A stretch of DNA of 64,000 bases from a virus. This document shows, piece after piece, positions 56,508 to 64,000 of this stretch. The stretch spans positions 89,678 through 153,677 of IMG/VR virus record IMGVR_UViG_3300043446_004500. The stretch is one strand, 5' to 3'. Every line of letters begins with the position of its first letter. The stretch's first letter is position 1. The position numbers and the translations under genes were made by a program. The notes beneath the pieces were generated by a model that saw only the letters and a program-made list of their open reading frames with translations, was not told the DNA's origin and searched no databases.

Positions 56508-56609
56508 TTGTACTCTAACCTAGACCGATTGCTTTTTGTTGGAAGTTTAATCTGGGTGATTCACTGGTCAACAAAAGTTACTCAAGTTGTTTTGAATTTG
56601 ATGTTCTAA
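56508..56609 (+). CDS. Small membrane peptide (33 aa)
   Basis: TTG start, hydrophobic, TAATG coupling to the next gene. Confidence 0.4.
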   Translation: MYSNLDRLLFVGSLIWVIHWSTKVTQVVLNLMF

Positions 56610-57031
56610 TGTTAGAACTCTATACATCAGGTTATGGATACTCTCAGAGACGTTGCAGAGATGCTGTAGGGTGGTTCATTAGCAAATACCTTCCCAGACA
56701 TCACATTACCCTTGAAGTCCTTCACAGGGGTCTTAGAAGGGAAGGTGTGATTGGATGGTGTGATGTTTCAGGTAGAACTTACAATCCCAGAGAATTTCTA
56801 ATTGAACTTCAAGTTGGGATGAATCATGAGCAGTATCTCACTACCCTCTTTCATGAACTTTGGCATCTTTATCAATTTGTTAAAGGTGATTTGAAATTCA
56901 GGTCTTCTAAAAAATACTATAAAGGTATTTGTATGGAGGACATTGAATATTCAAAACAAGGACATGAGAAAGAAGCATACCAAATGGAATCAAAACTCTT
57001 TAATGAGTATATCAGTTTCCTGACTGCTTGA
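56609..57031 (+). CDS. Zincin-like metallopeptidase
   Basis: TLFHELWHLYQ (HExxH) plus downstream EKEAY. Confidence 0.7.
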   Translation: MLELYTSGYGYSQRRCRDAVGWFISKYLPRHHITLEVLHRGLRREGVIGWCDVSGRTYNPREFLIELQVGMNHEQYLTTLFHELWHLYQFVKGDLKFRSSKKYYKGICMEDIEYSKQGHEKEAYQMESKLFNEYISFLTA

Positions 57032-57056
57032 CAACCCTCTTCAATCTCTGTACAAT
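57028..57056 (+). promoter_or_regulatory. sigma70-like promoter
   Basis: TTGACA, 17 nt, TACAAT. Confidence 0.75.
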
Positions 57057-57124
57057 TACCTTTGTTGGGGTTGAAAAGATTAATTTTAAGATCTTTAAGA
57101 CCTTCAGTAAACTCTAAAACAACT

Positions 57125-57325
57125 ATGAATACCAAGTCTGAATTTATTTGCATTCAACCAAAAAATGAAAAATCTAAAGATATTTTTACTGATTATTTTA
57201 AGAAACTTCATTCATGTAAAATTATTCAAAAGAATGGTGATAAAGTTTATCTGAAATCAATCGCAGGAGAATATTACTTCTGGGTCAATAAGGATAATGA
57301 TGAATATTGGGAGATTGTTAAATGA
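57125..57325 (+). CDS. Hypothetical cyanophage protein
   Basis: ATG at 57125 after a structured leader. Confidence 0.65.
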   Translation: MNTKSEFICIQPKNEKSKDIFTDYFKKLHSCKIIQKNGDKVYLKSIAGEYYFWVNKDNDEYWEIVK

Positions 57326-57633
57326 TTGGATTGATTGCTGGACTTACTTGTGGACTTGCTACATTTTACGGAGTAGGTGATGGATTTCATGGTCAAACCA
57401 CTGCAAATGGAGAACGATTTGATGCTTATCGTTGGACTGCTGCTCACCCTTACTTACCTATGGGAACTAAAATTAGAGTTACAAATCAAGACAATCTTAA
57501 ACAAGTAATTGTTCGTGTCAATGATCGTGGTCCATATTCTCATGCAGATCTTGATCTTTCTTATGCTGCATTTGCTCAGATTGCATCAACACGCAAAGGA
57601 AATGCTGTTGTTTGTTGGAGAGTGGTAGGATGA
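57322..57633 (+). CDS. RlpA-like double-psi beta-barrel lytic transglycosylase
   Basis: ATFYG..FHGQTTANGERFD..TAAH..LPMGT..RVTN..VRVNDRGPY..DLS. Confidence 0.9.
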   Translation: MIGLIAGLTCGLATFYGVGDGFHGQTTANGERFDAYRWTAAHPYLPMGTKIRVTNQDNLKQVIVRVNDRGPYSHADLDLSYAAFAQIASTRKGNAVVCWRVVG

Positions 57634-57758
57634 CAACACCATCAAAACCTTTAATCTTCCTATTTGTATCATTAGTACTTCTTGATCTGGTATTGATTGG
57701 TGCTATACTGATTCACGGAAAAGTAAACTTTGTTGAACTATTCAAACATCTTTCTTGA
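57630..57758 (+). CDS. Small single-TM protein (42 aa)
   Basis: MTTPSKPLIFLFVSLVLLDLVLIGAILIHG; ATGA overlap. Confidence 0.5.
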   Translation: MTTPSKPLIFLFVSLVLLDLVLIGAILIHGKVNFVELFKHLS

Positions 57759-57759
57759 T

Positions 57760-58140
57760 ATGAAAAAACTTCTTGCTCTTGCTGCAATTCTTTGCACGTC
57801 TCCTGTATTCGCACAAACTACTACTGTTAAAAAAGAGTATCGTCCATTTACCTATGAGACTGCCTGTGCCCTTGAAGGTAAAACAGAATTTCAAATGGAT
57901 GAGTGTAAAGTTGTGGAAACCCGTGAGTCTGGTGGAGCACTTCGGTCTCGTGCAATCTTCTCTAATCGGTTTGGATTGACGATTAAATCCTATTTTGACA
58001 AAGAAAAAGGATTTATGACTTGGGATAGTCACAATAAGTTTGCATACAAGTGGGAATATAAAGTTGGTGGTGTTGATGGTCTTGGAGCATGGACAGTAGT
58101 GATGCCAGGATTCTATTTACAAAACGTAAGTTGGGATTGA
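57760..58140 (+). CDS. Secreted hypothetical protein
   Basis: MKKLLALAAILCTSPVFA signal peptide. Confidence 0.7.
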   Translation: MKKLLALAAILCTSPVFAQTTTVKKEYRPFTYETACALEGKTEFQMDECKVVETRESGGALRSRAIFSNRFGLTIKSYFDKEKGFMTWDSHNKFAYKWEYKVGGVDGLGAWTVVMPGFYLQNVSWD

Positions 58141-58168
58141 TTAAATAGTAATAGAATAGAGGAGAACT

Positions 58169-58339
58169 ATGGTTGTTCTATTTGCTTCAACCATTATTTC
58201 TTGCAGTGATGCCTTCAGTATCATTCATCGTGTTACTAAAGTTGTTGGACTAACAGATCTTCAAAAAACAGAGATAGTCCAAGAAATTCGCAAAACTATT
58301 CCTTTTTGTCCTGTAATTGTTAAACCAAATGCAAAATGA
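58169..58339 (+). CDS. Hypothetical protein (56 aa); absent from ORF track
   Basis: GAGGAG SD; MVVLFASTIISCSDA... Confidence 0.6.
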   Translation: MVVLFASTIISCSDAFSIIHRVTKVVGLTDLQKTEIVQEIRKTIPFCPVIVKPNAK

Positions 58340-58502
58340 AACCTACGAAAGTAAATGGAACCGTGGGCTAGATTTGTTTATTGAAAGTGTTCATAAACCT
58401 GATCACGAACTTCGCCAAATTGCACACGAAAGTAAGTGCTTTAATGAACTGATGACAGTTCGTGATGATGTATTGGAATATCTTAAATCACTGAGAAAAT
58501 GA
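58329..58502 (+). CDS. Hypothetical protein
   Basis: MQNETYESKWNRGLDLFIESV; overlapping-gene operon. Confidence 0.6.
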   Translation: MQNETYESKWNRGLDLFIESVHKPDHELRQIAHESKCFNELMTVRDDVLEYLKSLRK

Positions 58503-58741
58503 ATCCATATTACGTGTATTTGATTATATTTTTTTGTATTGCATATTTGATCATTACCGATCAGTCAGTTGCAAAGGGGTTTTATATGTTGACCCAACTT
58601 GCAAGAGTTCAATACGAAAAGATAAAATGGTGGATTCTTTATAATCCAGCAAATCCAATTATAAAGTATTTGATGTGGAGACGTTCTATGAAGATTGCTA
58701 AAGAACTAATGAATGAACTTGCATCAAAGGATAAAAACTGA
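58499..58741 (+). CDS. Hypothetical membrane protein
   Basis: N-terminal TM segment; ATGA overlap. Confidence 0.65.
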   Translation: MNPYYVYLIIFFCIAYLIITDQSVAKGFYMLTQLARVQYEKIKWWILYNPANPIIKYLMWRRSMKIAKELMNELASKDKN

Positions 58742-58773
58742 TAAAATAGTTAATGTGATTGAGGATTAAACTC

Positions 58774-59001
58774 ATGTCCCGCACTTATCGCAATCTTAAC
58801 GGCATCAATAAATGTGCTCTTCGCAACCCGAAGACTGCAAACGAACGTAAAAATCTCATTGGTTTACTGCAAGACAACTATGTTGAAGAGTATGAAATCT
58901 CTGGTCTAAATCATCTTCATCATCGTCTTTCTAACTGTCCAACAGCAAACTATGATAAGGTAGTAAGTGGATACTATCAGGAGGACTATAAGGTATCCTA
59001 A
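58774..59001 (+). CDS. Hypothetical protein
   Basis: GAGGA SD then MSRTYR. Confidence 0.6.
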   Translation: MSRTYRNLNGINKCALRNPKTANERKNLIGLLQDNYVEEYEISGLNHLHHRLSNCPTANYDKVVSGYYQEDYKVS

Positions 59002-59025
59002 ATATCACTATATTTCAATAATGCG

Positions 59026-59346
59026 ATGCTTTCTACTCAGTATAGACTAAAGCTTGAGGGAATTTGTAATAAAATTGTATCGGGTGAATCTGTAGAACTT
59101 TCAGAAATGATTTGGGCAGAAAAACTTGCTGCTGCAAATCGCACAGCAGGAACAATGCTAAGACAGGCAAGAAGAAAGGCAGAAAATCCTGATATGACCG
59201 AAGATAGTATGGATGGATTTCTAAATGCACTAGATATTGGTGGAATTGGTCACGAAAGAAAAGGTATATCTGGATTTGGTAGTGTAGATGATATTATTGA
59301 CTTCTTTACTGAAGAAAAACCAGATGACTGGAGACAACGTGACTGA
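59026..59346 (+). CDS. Conserved cyanophage hypothetical protein
   Basis: MLSTQYRLKLEGIC..IV.GE.V.LSEMIWAEKL...DDWRQRD. Confidence 0.7.
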   Translation: MLSTQYRLKLEGICNKIVSGESVELSEMIWAEKLAAANRTAGTMLRQARRKAENPDMTEDSMDGFLNALDIGGIGHERKGISGFGSVDDIIDFFTEEKPDDWRQRD

Positions 59347-59357
59347 TGTATTGAATT

Positions 59358-59831
59358 ATGGAAAACCTTGACATCAAACCAAATACAACAGTTTTAGTAT
59401 TAAATTCAACATATGAACCGATCAATCTTGCATCGGGTCGTAGAGCAATTGTATTATTACTGAAACAGAAGGCACAACGTCTCTCAAGTCGTGTGATTCG
59501 TCTTTTGAATTATGTGAAGATTCCATTCTCCAAAATTGTTTCCCATAAACCTTCAAAGAGTGCAATTTATAAAAGAGATCACAATAAATGTCAGTATTGT
59601 GGTTCAACAAGTCGATTAACCATTGACCACATCATTCCAAGATCTAAAGGTGGCGGAGATTCTTGGTTTAATCTTGTAGTTGCTTGCTCCACTTGCAATA
59701 CAAAGAAAGGAGATAAGTTGCTGGAACATAGTGGTCTTAAGTTGATAAAACAACCTAAAGCACCAATGAATAAAGTTCAGTTTTCATTACTTGAGAGTAA
59801 CAATACTGAATGGCAACAGTACACTTTTTAA
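59358..59831 (+). CDS. HNH endonuclease (McrA-like)
   Basis: VLVLNSTYEP, RDHNKCQYCG..LTIDHIIPRSKGG..WFNLVVACSTCNTKKG. Confidence 0.88.
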   Translation: MENLDIKPNTTVLVLNSTYEPINLASGRRAIVLLLKQKAQRLSSRVIRLLNYVKIPFSKIVSHKPSKSAIYKRDHNKCQYCGSTSRLTIDHIIPRSKGGGDSWFNLVVACSTCNTKKGDKLLEHSGLKLIKQPKAPMNKVQFSLLESNNTEWQQYTF

Positions 59832-59875
59832 ACTGTCCATTGACCCTTGACTTCCGCAGTCAGGGGTCTTATAGT
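59819..59875 (+). promoter_or_regulatory. Repeated early promoter element, copy 2
   Basis: GTACACTTTTTAAACTGTCCAT, hairpin GACCCTTGACT/AGTCAGGGGTC containing TTGACT, 17 nt, TATAGT. Confidence 0.72.
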
Positions 59876-59904
59876 ATCTGTATTGAGTCCGCAAAACCCG
59901 CATT

Positions 59905-60507
59905 ATGTACTCCGCAAAAGTTACATTGAAGTTTGATTCCACTTGGGAACAGACTCGTGGAATCTATGATGAGGAGATGATTCCAGAGGAACACATTACT
60001 TTTGAAGCACCTGTAGAAGATATTAACAGCATTCAACTTTTCCAACTGTTTGCAAAGTTTGCTGGTGCAATAGGACACAATGAAGCAGGTATTGCTAAAG
60101 GTGCTGCATATGTTGCATTTAATGATATGAGAAGCACTGAAGAAATGCGTAAGACCGCAGAAGAGTATGACCTCAAACTGATTGAGGATTATCGTGATGA
60201 AGTTTGTAAGTTGGAAGCAGAAATCCGTGATCTGAAAGCAAAACTCTCCCGTTTTGAAAATCCTGATAATCCCCAATATACGGATGAGGAAATGGATGCT
60301 CTCTGTGCGGAGAATGAAGTTACTGCTGATACTCTAAAAAATGCTGATGTAGTTTGTAAGGATTGTGGAAGTAAATATGGACATTATTCAGTTTCTTGTT
60401 CTTCAACTTGGACTGGAAAATGTGATGTTTGCGGTCAAGAAAAATCAGTAACAGAGTCAAGGGATTGGAATTACTTGAAAGAAGGTATTGATTATTTGTC
60501 TAAATAA
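59905..60507 (+). CDS. Hypothetical protein with coiled coil and C-terminal Zn ribbon
   Basis: CKDC...CDVC. Confidence 0.65.
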   Translation: MYSAKVTLKFDSTWEQTRGIYDEEMIPEEHITFEAPVEDINSIQLFQLFAKFAGAIGHNEAGIAKGAAYVAFNDMRSTEEMRKTAEEYDLKLIEDYRDEVCKLEAEIRDLKAKLSRFENPDNPQYTDEEMDALCAENEVTADTLKNADVVCKDCGSKYGHYSVSCSSTWTGKCDVCGQEKSVTESRDWNYLKEGIDYLSK

Positions 60508-60569
60508 GAGTGTCTATAGGAACCGCAATCTCTACAGACAAAAGATTAGGTGCTTTCGGGCACCTTTTC
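60508..60569 (+). ncRNA. Candidate antisense small RNA to the HNH 5' leader
   Basis: TAAATA at 60501-06; hairpin TGTCT..AGACA with loop AACCGCAATC; terminator; 15-nt complementarity to 60585-60599. Confidence 0.55.
60548..60569 (+). terminator. Rho-independent terminator
   Basis: AGGTGCT-TTCG-GGCACCT-TTT. Confidence 0.8.
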
Positions 60570-60572
60570 TAT

Positions 60573-60580
60573 TATAAATA
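60573..60580 (+). promoter_or_regulatory. Late promoter TATAAATA for the HNH gene
   Basis: Exact consensus 25 nt before the ATG. Confidence 0.75.
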
Positions 60581-60605
60581 CTAATGCGGTTCTTGTAGAA
60601 TAAAA

Positions 60606-61271
60606 ATGAACTATCTAAAGGTTTATTGTAACCTTATCAGGAAAGCAGAGAACAGAACTCCTCCTAAAGGTTATACTGAAAAGCATCATACATTTCCAAA
60701 AAGTATCTTTGGGAATAATAATAGAGTTGTTATTCTCACAAATAAAGAACACTATATTGCTCACGCATTACTTGAAAAAATTTGTATTAAAAGATATGGA
60801 ATAAACCATAAAAATACATTAAAAATGTCTACTGCCCATCTTTTAATGAAATCCGGTGATAGATATTATAATTCTCATCTATATGAGGTAGCAAGGATGA
60901 GAGTTAGTAACTCTATGAAAGGGAATAAAAGAGGATTAGGTCGCAAAGTTACGGAAAAGGAAAAAGAAAATTTGAGAATAAAAGCAACTGGTAGAGGTCA
61001 TAGTAAAGAAACAAAAAGAAAATTAAGTAAGTATTTTAAAGAAAATCCAAGTCGTTCTACTTTAAATAAAGGAGAAAAATACAAATGGAAAAATATAGAT
61101 GGTAGTGAATTTTGTGGGACTGTTGGTATGTTAATTAGAAATTTTCCAGAACAAAAATTGGATTCGGCGTATCTGCACAAAATGATACAAAAAAATATTA
61201 AAGGTTTTGATATTAAAGGTTATAACACATATAAAGGATGGACAGTTTATAAATCGCACACAATCACTTGA
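60606..61271 (+). CDS. Free-standing HNH homing endonuclease with NUMOD3-like repeats
   Basis: YTEKHHTFPKS..N..VVILTNKEHYIAHALL; HSKETKRKLS. Confidence 0.85.
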   Translation: MNYLKVYCNLIRKAENRTPPKGYTEKHHTFPKSIFGNNNRVVILTNKEHYIAHALLEKICIKRYGINHKNTLKMSTAHLLMKSGDRYYNSHLYEVARMRVSNSMKGNKRGLGRKVTEKEKENLRIKATGRGHSKETKRKLSKYFKENPSRSTLNKGEKYKWKNIDGSEFCGTVGMLIRNFPEQKLDSAYLHKMIQKNIKGFDIKGYNTYKGWTVYKSHTIT

Positions 61272-61296
61272 AACCAAGTGCCTTTTGATGTATAAT
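61240..61296 (+). promoter_or_regulatory. Repeated early promoter element, copy 3
   Basis: GGACAGTTTATAAATCGCACAC, CACTTG/CAAGTG hairpin with TTGAAA, 17 nt, TATAAT. Confidence 0.65.
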
Positions 61297-61317
61297 GACT
61301 TTATAGATAAAAAGCAA

Positions 61318-61509
61318 ATGAAAGCAAACACTTATTTAATCTTGGAAAGAGCAGTGCAGGAAGGGGCACTTATGGGTTATAGGAGAGCATTTAAGTATGT
61401 TCAAGATCCATCAGAAGAAGCAATCGTAGAAGCAATCGTAGACGGTGTAATGCTGACTGTAAGTGAGGTTTTTGTATTTGATGATGTAAAGGGAGAGAGT
61501 TATGAGTGA
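61318..61509 (+). CDS. Hypothetical protein
   Basis: MKANTYLILERAVQEG after the promoter. Confidence 0.65.
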   Translation: MKANTYLILERAVQEGALMGYRRAFKYVQDPSEEAIVEAIVDGVMLTVSEVFVFDDVKGESYE

Positions 61510-61702
61510 AAGAGCACAAGAGTTTATGAAATGTATTTGGGATGCCCGTGAAATGGGAGCAGATACAGAAGAGAAACTGGTAGCATATATTCTGCGTCTA
61601 GCATCAGGACAAATCAGGTCTTATACTGCACAAAATGACTTGATTGTATTGGACCAAAAAGATATGACCCACCTTGCAAATGAGATTGAGAACCTAAAAT
61701 GA
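61502..61702 (+). CDS. Hypothetical protein
   Basis: GGAG SD; overlapping-gene operon. Confidence 0.65.
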   Translation: MSERAQEFMKCIWDAREMGADTEEKLVAYILRLASGQIRSYTAQNDLIVLDQKDMTHLANEIENLK

Positions 61703-61938
61703 AACTCATTGAGTATAGACAAAAAGAGGACTTTGGAACCGAACACATCTTCACTCTACTCAAAGGAAAACGAAGGTCTTTTATTCAGGTGAGTTTCTCT
61801 TTTAATGATTTTCCTGGACGACCTTATCTTCAAATCTCATTTGGAAACAATAGTTTGATTGATATTCTCTTCTGGGTTTGGAGATTTGGTTTCTCTTTGA
61901 CCGTTTTTGATTACACTTGGGATTCTTGGGACAAATGA
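61699..61938 (+). CDS. Hypothetical protein
   Basis: ATGA overlap. Confidence 0.65.
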   Translation: MKLIEYRQKEDFGTEHIFTLLKGKRRSFIQVSFSFNDFPGRPYLQISFGNNSLIDILFWVWRFGFSLTVFDYTWDSWDK

Positions 61939-62150
61939 AAGTCACTGAACATAACCTTGATGACTGTGATTTAACAGTACAAGAACTTAAAGAGGTGATT
62001 CGTATTGTAATGAAAGAACTTAAGTCCTATAAGGATGATGTATCAACTCAAATGTATTATGCAAAAATTGTTGGAAAACTTTATGGACTTGCACACACTT
62101 TAGACGATTTTCAAACTGGCACAGAAGAGACCACAATCACCGACCTTTGA
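61935..62150 (+). CDS. Hypothetical protein
   Basis: MKVTEHNL; overlaps the previous stop. Confidence 0.55.
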   Translation: MKVTEHNLDDCDLTVQELKEVIRIVMKELKSYKDDVSTQMYYAKIVGKLYGLAHTLDDFQTGTEETTITDL

Positions 62151-62158
62151 TCTATAAT
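62103..62158 (+). promoter_or_regulatory. Repeated early promoter element, copy 4
   Basis: GACGATTTTCAAACTGGCAC with TATAAT 50 nt after GAC. Confidence 0.65.
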
Positions 62159-62180
62159 ACTTAAGTAATCGCAAGTAACA

Positions 62181-62474
62181 ATGAGTTTCTCTAAAACAGT
62201 TTCAGTTGTAGCAGCACTTGCATCTATCTTCGGCGCAGCAGCAGCAGGATATAAACTATCTCAAGAAAGTCAAGTTAAACCAGAAGAAAATAATACAACT
62301 CAATATGAACAAAAAATTACTGAACTTCAACAACAAGTAGCAAATCTTCAACAACAAACAGTTAATACTAATCCACCACCAGTTGTTAATCTTCCACAAC
62401 CAACTACAGTAACTCCACAACTTCCTCCTACTCCTCCTGCTCCTCCTCAACCTCCGACTCCTTCTCAACCTTAA
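62181..62474 (+). CDS. Membrane-anchored coiled-coil, Pro-rich protein
   Basis: N-terminal hydrophobic helix, Gln-rich coil, Pro-rich tail. Confidence 0.65.
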   Translation: MSFSKTVSVVAALASIFGAAAAGYKLSQESQVKPEENNTTQYEQKITELQQQVANLQQQTVNTNPPPVVNLPQPTTVTPQLPPTPPAPPQPPTPSQP

Positions 62475-62884
62475 TGATTTCCGATAACTTTCTTCAACTT
62501 GCGATTGAAACTGCAAAATCTTCTCCGTCTAAAAAAAGAGTAGGAGCAGTTTTACTTAAGAAGAATAAAGTTATTACAACAGCAGTAAATCTTGAACGTA
62601 AATCTCATCCACTTCAAGCAAAGTTTGCAAAACGAGTTGGACTTTGGCAGAAAATCTATTTGCACTCCGAAATTCATGCCTTAATTAAAGCAAAAGAAGA
62701 TGCGGATACTATCGTAGTTGCACGAGTGAATCCTCAGAACAAAATGAGAAACGCAAAACCTTGTCCGATTTGTGCCTTGGCTCTTGAAGAATCTGGAGTA
62801 AAAAACATCTATTATTCTACGGATGATGGATTTATGTATAAGTATTCACCCGATGATGACACTTTTGAAGGAGTAGAAGAATGA
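62474..62884 (+). CDS. Cytidine/dCMP deaminase-superfamily zinc enzyme
   Basis: VGAVL, LHSEIHAL (HxE), KPCPIC (PCxxC), GVKNIYYS. Confidence 0.82.
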   Translation: MISDNFLQLAIETAKSSPSKKRVGAVLLKKNKVITTAVNLERKSHPLQAKFAKRVGLWQKIYLHSEIHALIKAKEDADTIVVARVNPQNKMRNAKPCPICALALEESGVKNIYYSTDDGFMYKYSPDDDTFEGVEE

Positions 62885-63045
62885 AAGAACTACCATCAAA
62901 ACAAGACCTTGATATTATGTGGACGGTTGCGACCAGTGGCGCTTTGGAAACTGGTGTAAAACCTCATCACGGGTTTGCCGACCTGCTGTATGATTACCTT
63001 ACAGACAACATCAAAAACAAATACGGAGTGGAACTTAAAAAATGA
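62881..63045 (+). CDS. Hypothetical protein (54 aa); absent from ORF track
   Basis: MKELPSKQDLDIMWTVATSG; ATGA overlaps at both ends. Confidence 0.55.
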   Translation: MKELPSKQDLDIMWTVATSGALETGVKPHHGFADLLYDYLTDNIKNKYGVELKK

Positions 63046-63320
63046 GTGGAGGATTTTTTGGAGATTATTGCTACTTTCAGGTCTCCCAGTTTGCTAGGGA
63101 TTTGGAAGAAGAAATCAAAAACAACTCTATGAAAGATGATTGCGGATACTATACAGGTTACTCCAAAAAAACCATAGAGTATTTGAAAGAACAGGTGCAT
63201 TACATTCACAAAATTGCTGATATAATGTATCATATTGACCGCCTGTATTCAGGAGACCACGGAGAGGATAGTTTTATGGAACGGGTGAAAGAAGTTGAAG
63301 ACAAGTATGGCAGTTGGTGA
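63042..63320 (+). CDS. Hypothetical phage protein
   Basis: MSGGFF.Y...DRLYSGDHGEDSF. Confidence 0.7.
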   Translation: MSGGFFGDYCYFQVSQFARDLEEEIKNNSMKDDCGYYTGYSKKTIEYLKEQVHYIHKIADIMYHIDRLYSGDHGEDSFMERVKEVEDKYGSW

Positions 63321-63550
63321 TGAAACTCCCCTATAAGGTTCAAGACAAAAACTTTGAGGACTGGACGCAAGCACAACAGTATGCCTGGGAACTTCTACAA
63401 GATGGTGTTGAATATGTAGAAGTTCTTGTCTGGAATGAGAACTACAAGGATTATGGATTGCTTCAAGAACTCAATTTAAAAAGAGGTGTAGAACCAAACC
63501 CACATTTCAACACTTGGACTTTTGCTCCTTATTTTTGGAAGACACTTTGA
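63320..63550 (+). CDS. Hypothetical protein
   Basis: TGATG coupling; MKLPYKV. Confidence 0.6.
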   Translation: MKLPYKVQDKNFEDWTQAQQYAWELLQDGVEYVEVLVWNENYKDYGLLQELNLKRGVEPNPHFNTWTFAPYFWKTL

Positions 63551-63597
63551 GAACTGGCACAGGGCATCTCCACAGGTGCCCTTTTTCGTTGTATAAT
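63541..63597 (+). promoter_or_regulatory. Repeated early promoter element, copy 5 (with terminator-like hairpin)
   Basis: GACACTTTGAGAACTGGCAC, AGGGCATCT/AGGTGCCCT-TTTT, then TATAAT. Confidence 0.7.
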
Positions 63598-63618
63598 GAC
63601 TTCATAAGCAATCAAACC

Positions 63619-63788
63619 GATGATTACTAAAGAACAACTAATCAGAGTTAAAATTCTTCCACAACTTGAAAGTCTTTCTGATAGTATGCTTGATTGTCAC
63701 GACAATTCTATTGCAAAGCAATTAGGTAGAAAACTGGATAAAATTACCGAAGAACTCATCACTATTTTGAATGATGAGACCACTTGAA
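63619..63788 (+). CDS. Hypothetical protein (about 55 aa)
   Basis: MITKEQLIRVKILPQLESL after promoter copy 5; ends approximate. Confidence 0.45.
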
Positions 63789-63834
63789 GAACTGACACAG
63801 GAGAACCCACAGGTGCCTCTGGATGCCCTATAAT
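63778..63834 (+). promoter_or_regulatory. Repeated early promoter element, copy 6
   Basis: GACCACTTGAAGAACTGACAC ... TATAAT. Confidence 0.68.
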
Positions 63835-63857
63835 ACTCTCATACACACAGAAACCTG

Positions 63858-64000
63858 ATGATTGACCTTACACAACTGACTGAAGAACAACTCAACGAAC
63901 TTGAACTTCAAATCCAAAAGCATAAGGAACAACAGAAGGTAAAGGATGCTTTGGAAAATCTAAAAGGTTATAAAGTAACTTTTTATGTGAGGTTTGACCC
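63858..64000 (+). CDS. Hypothetical protein (partial, runs off the window)
   Basis: MIDLTQLTEEQLNELELQIQKHKE after promoter copy 6. Confidence 0.6.
   Translation, partial: MIDLTQLTEEQLNELELQIQKHKEQQKVKDALENLKGYKVTFYVRFD

Overview
A 64-kb, AT-rich segment of a large T4-like (myovirus) cyanophage, probably from freshwater. The assignment rests on cp12, the cyanophage-type gp33-59-32 / gp53-48-2-4 / gp54-26-51 gene order, TATAAATA late promoters and sigma70-like early promoters. 1-19.9 kb holds core replication and baseplate genes, including two tape-measure-like proteins with peptidoglycan-hydrolase domains, cp12 and gp5. 19.9-22.1 kb holds small ORFs, an amber-interrupted HNH, tRNA-Leu(UAA), tRNA-Thr(UGU) and a Mom-like DNA-modifying acyltransferase. 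22.1-34.3 kb holds giant virion/fibre proteins. 34.3-56.4 kb is a ~22-kb accessory island: two Pro-poor, Thr/Ser-rich collagen-like fibres and two Kelch-like proteins (12 and 30 near-identical blades with hypervariable loops), plus a 12-codon scar of a third. These are interleaved with glycosyltransferases, FkbM methyltransferases, a sulfotransferase, five 2OG-Fe(II) oxygenase-like domains, a ParB/Srx-like protein and a glycosidase-like protein. 56.4-64 kb is an early region of small ORFs driven by a repeated, fixed-spacing promoter/operator element. The most notable unannotated signals are: (i) the modular fibre + propeller + tailoring-enzyme island; (ii) a small hairpin RNA with 15-nt complementarity to the 5' leader of the adjacent HNH endonuclease; (iii) a U-UUU-UUC -1 frameshift site that would fuse gp26 to gp51 just before the tape-measure-like genes; (iv) the repeated promoter element. 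All family assignments come from motif recognition by eye; no searches were run.
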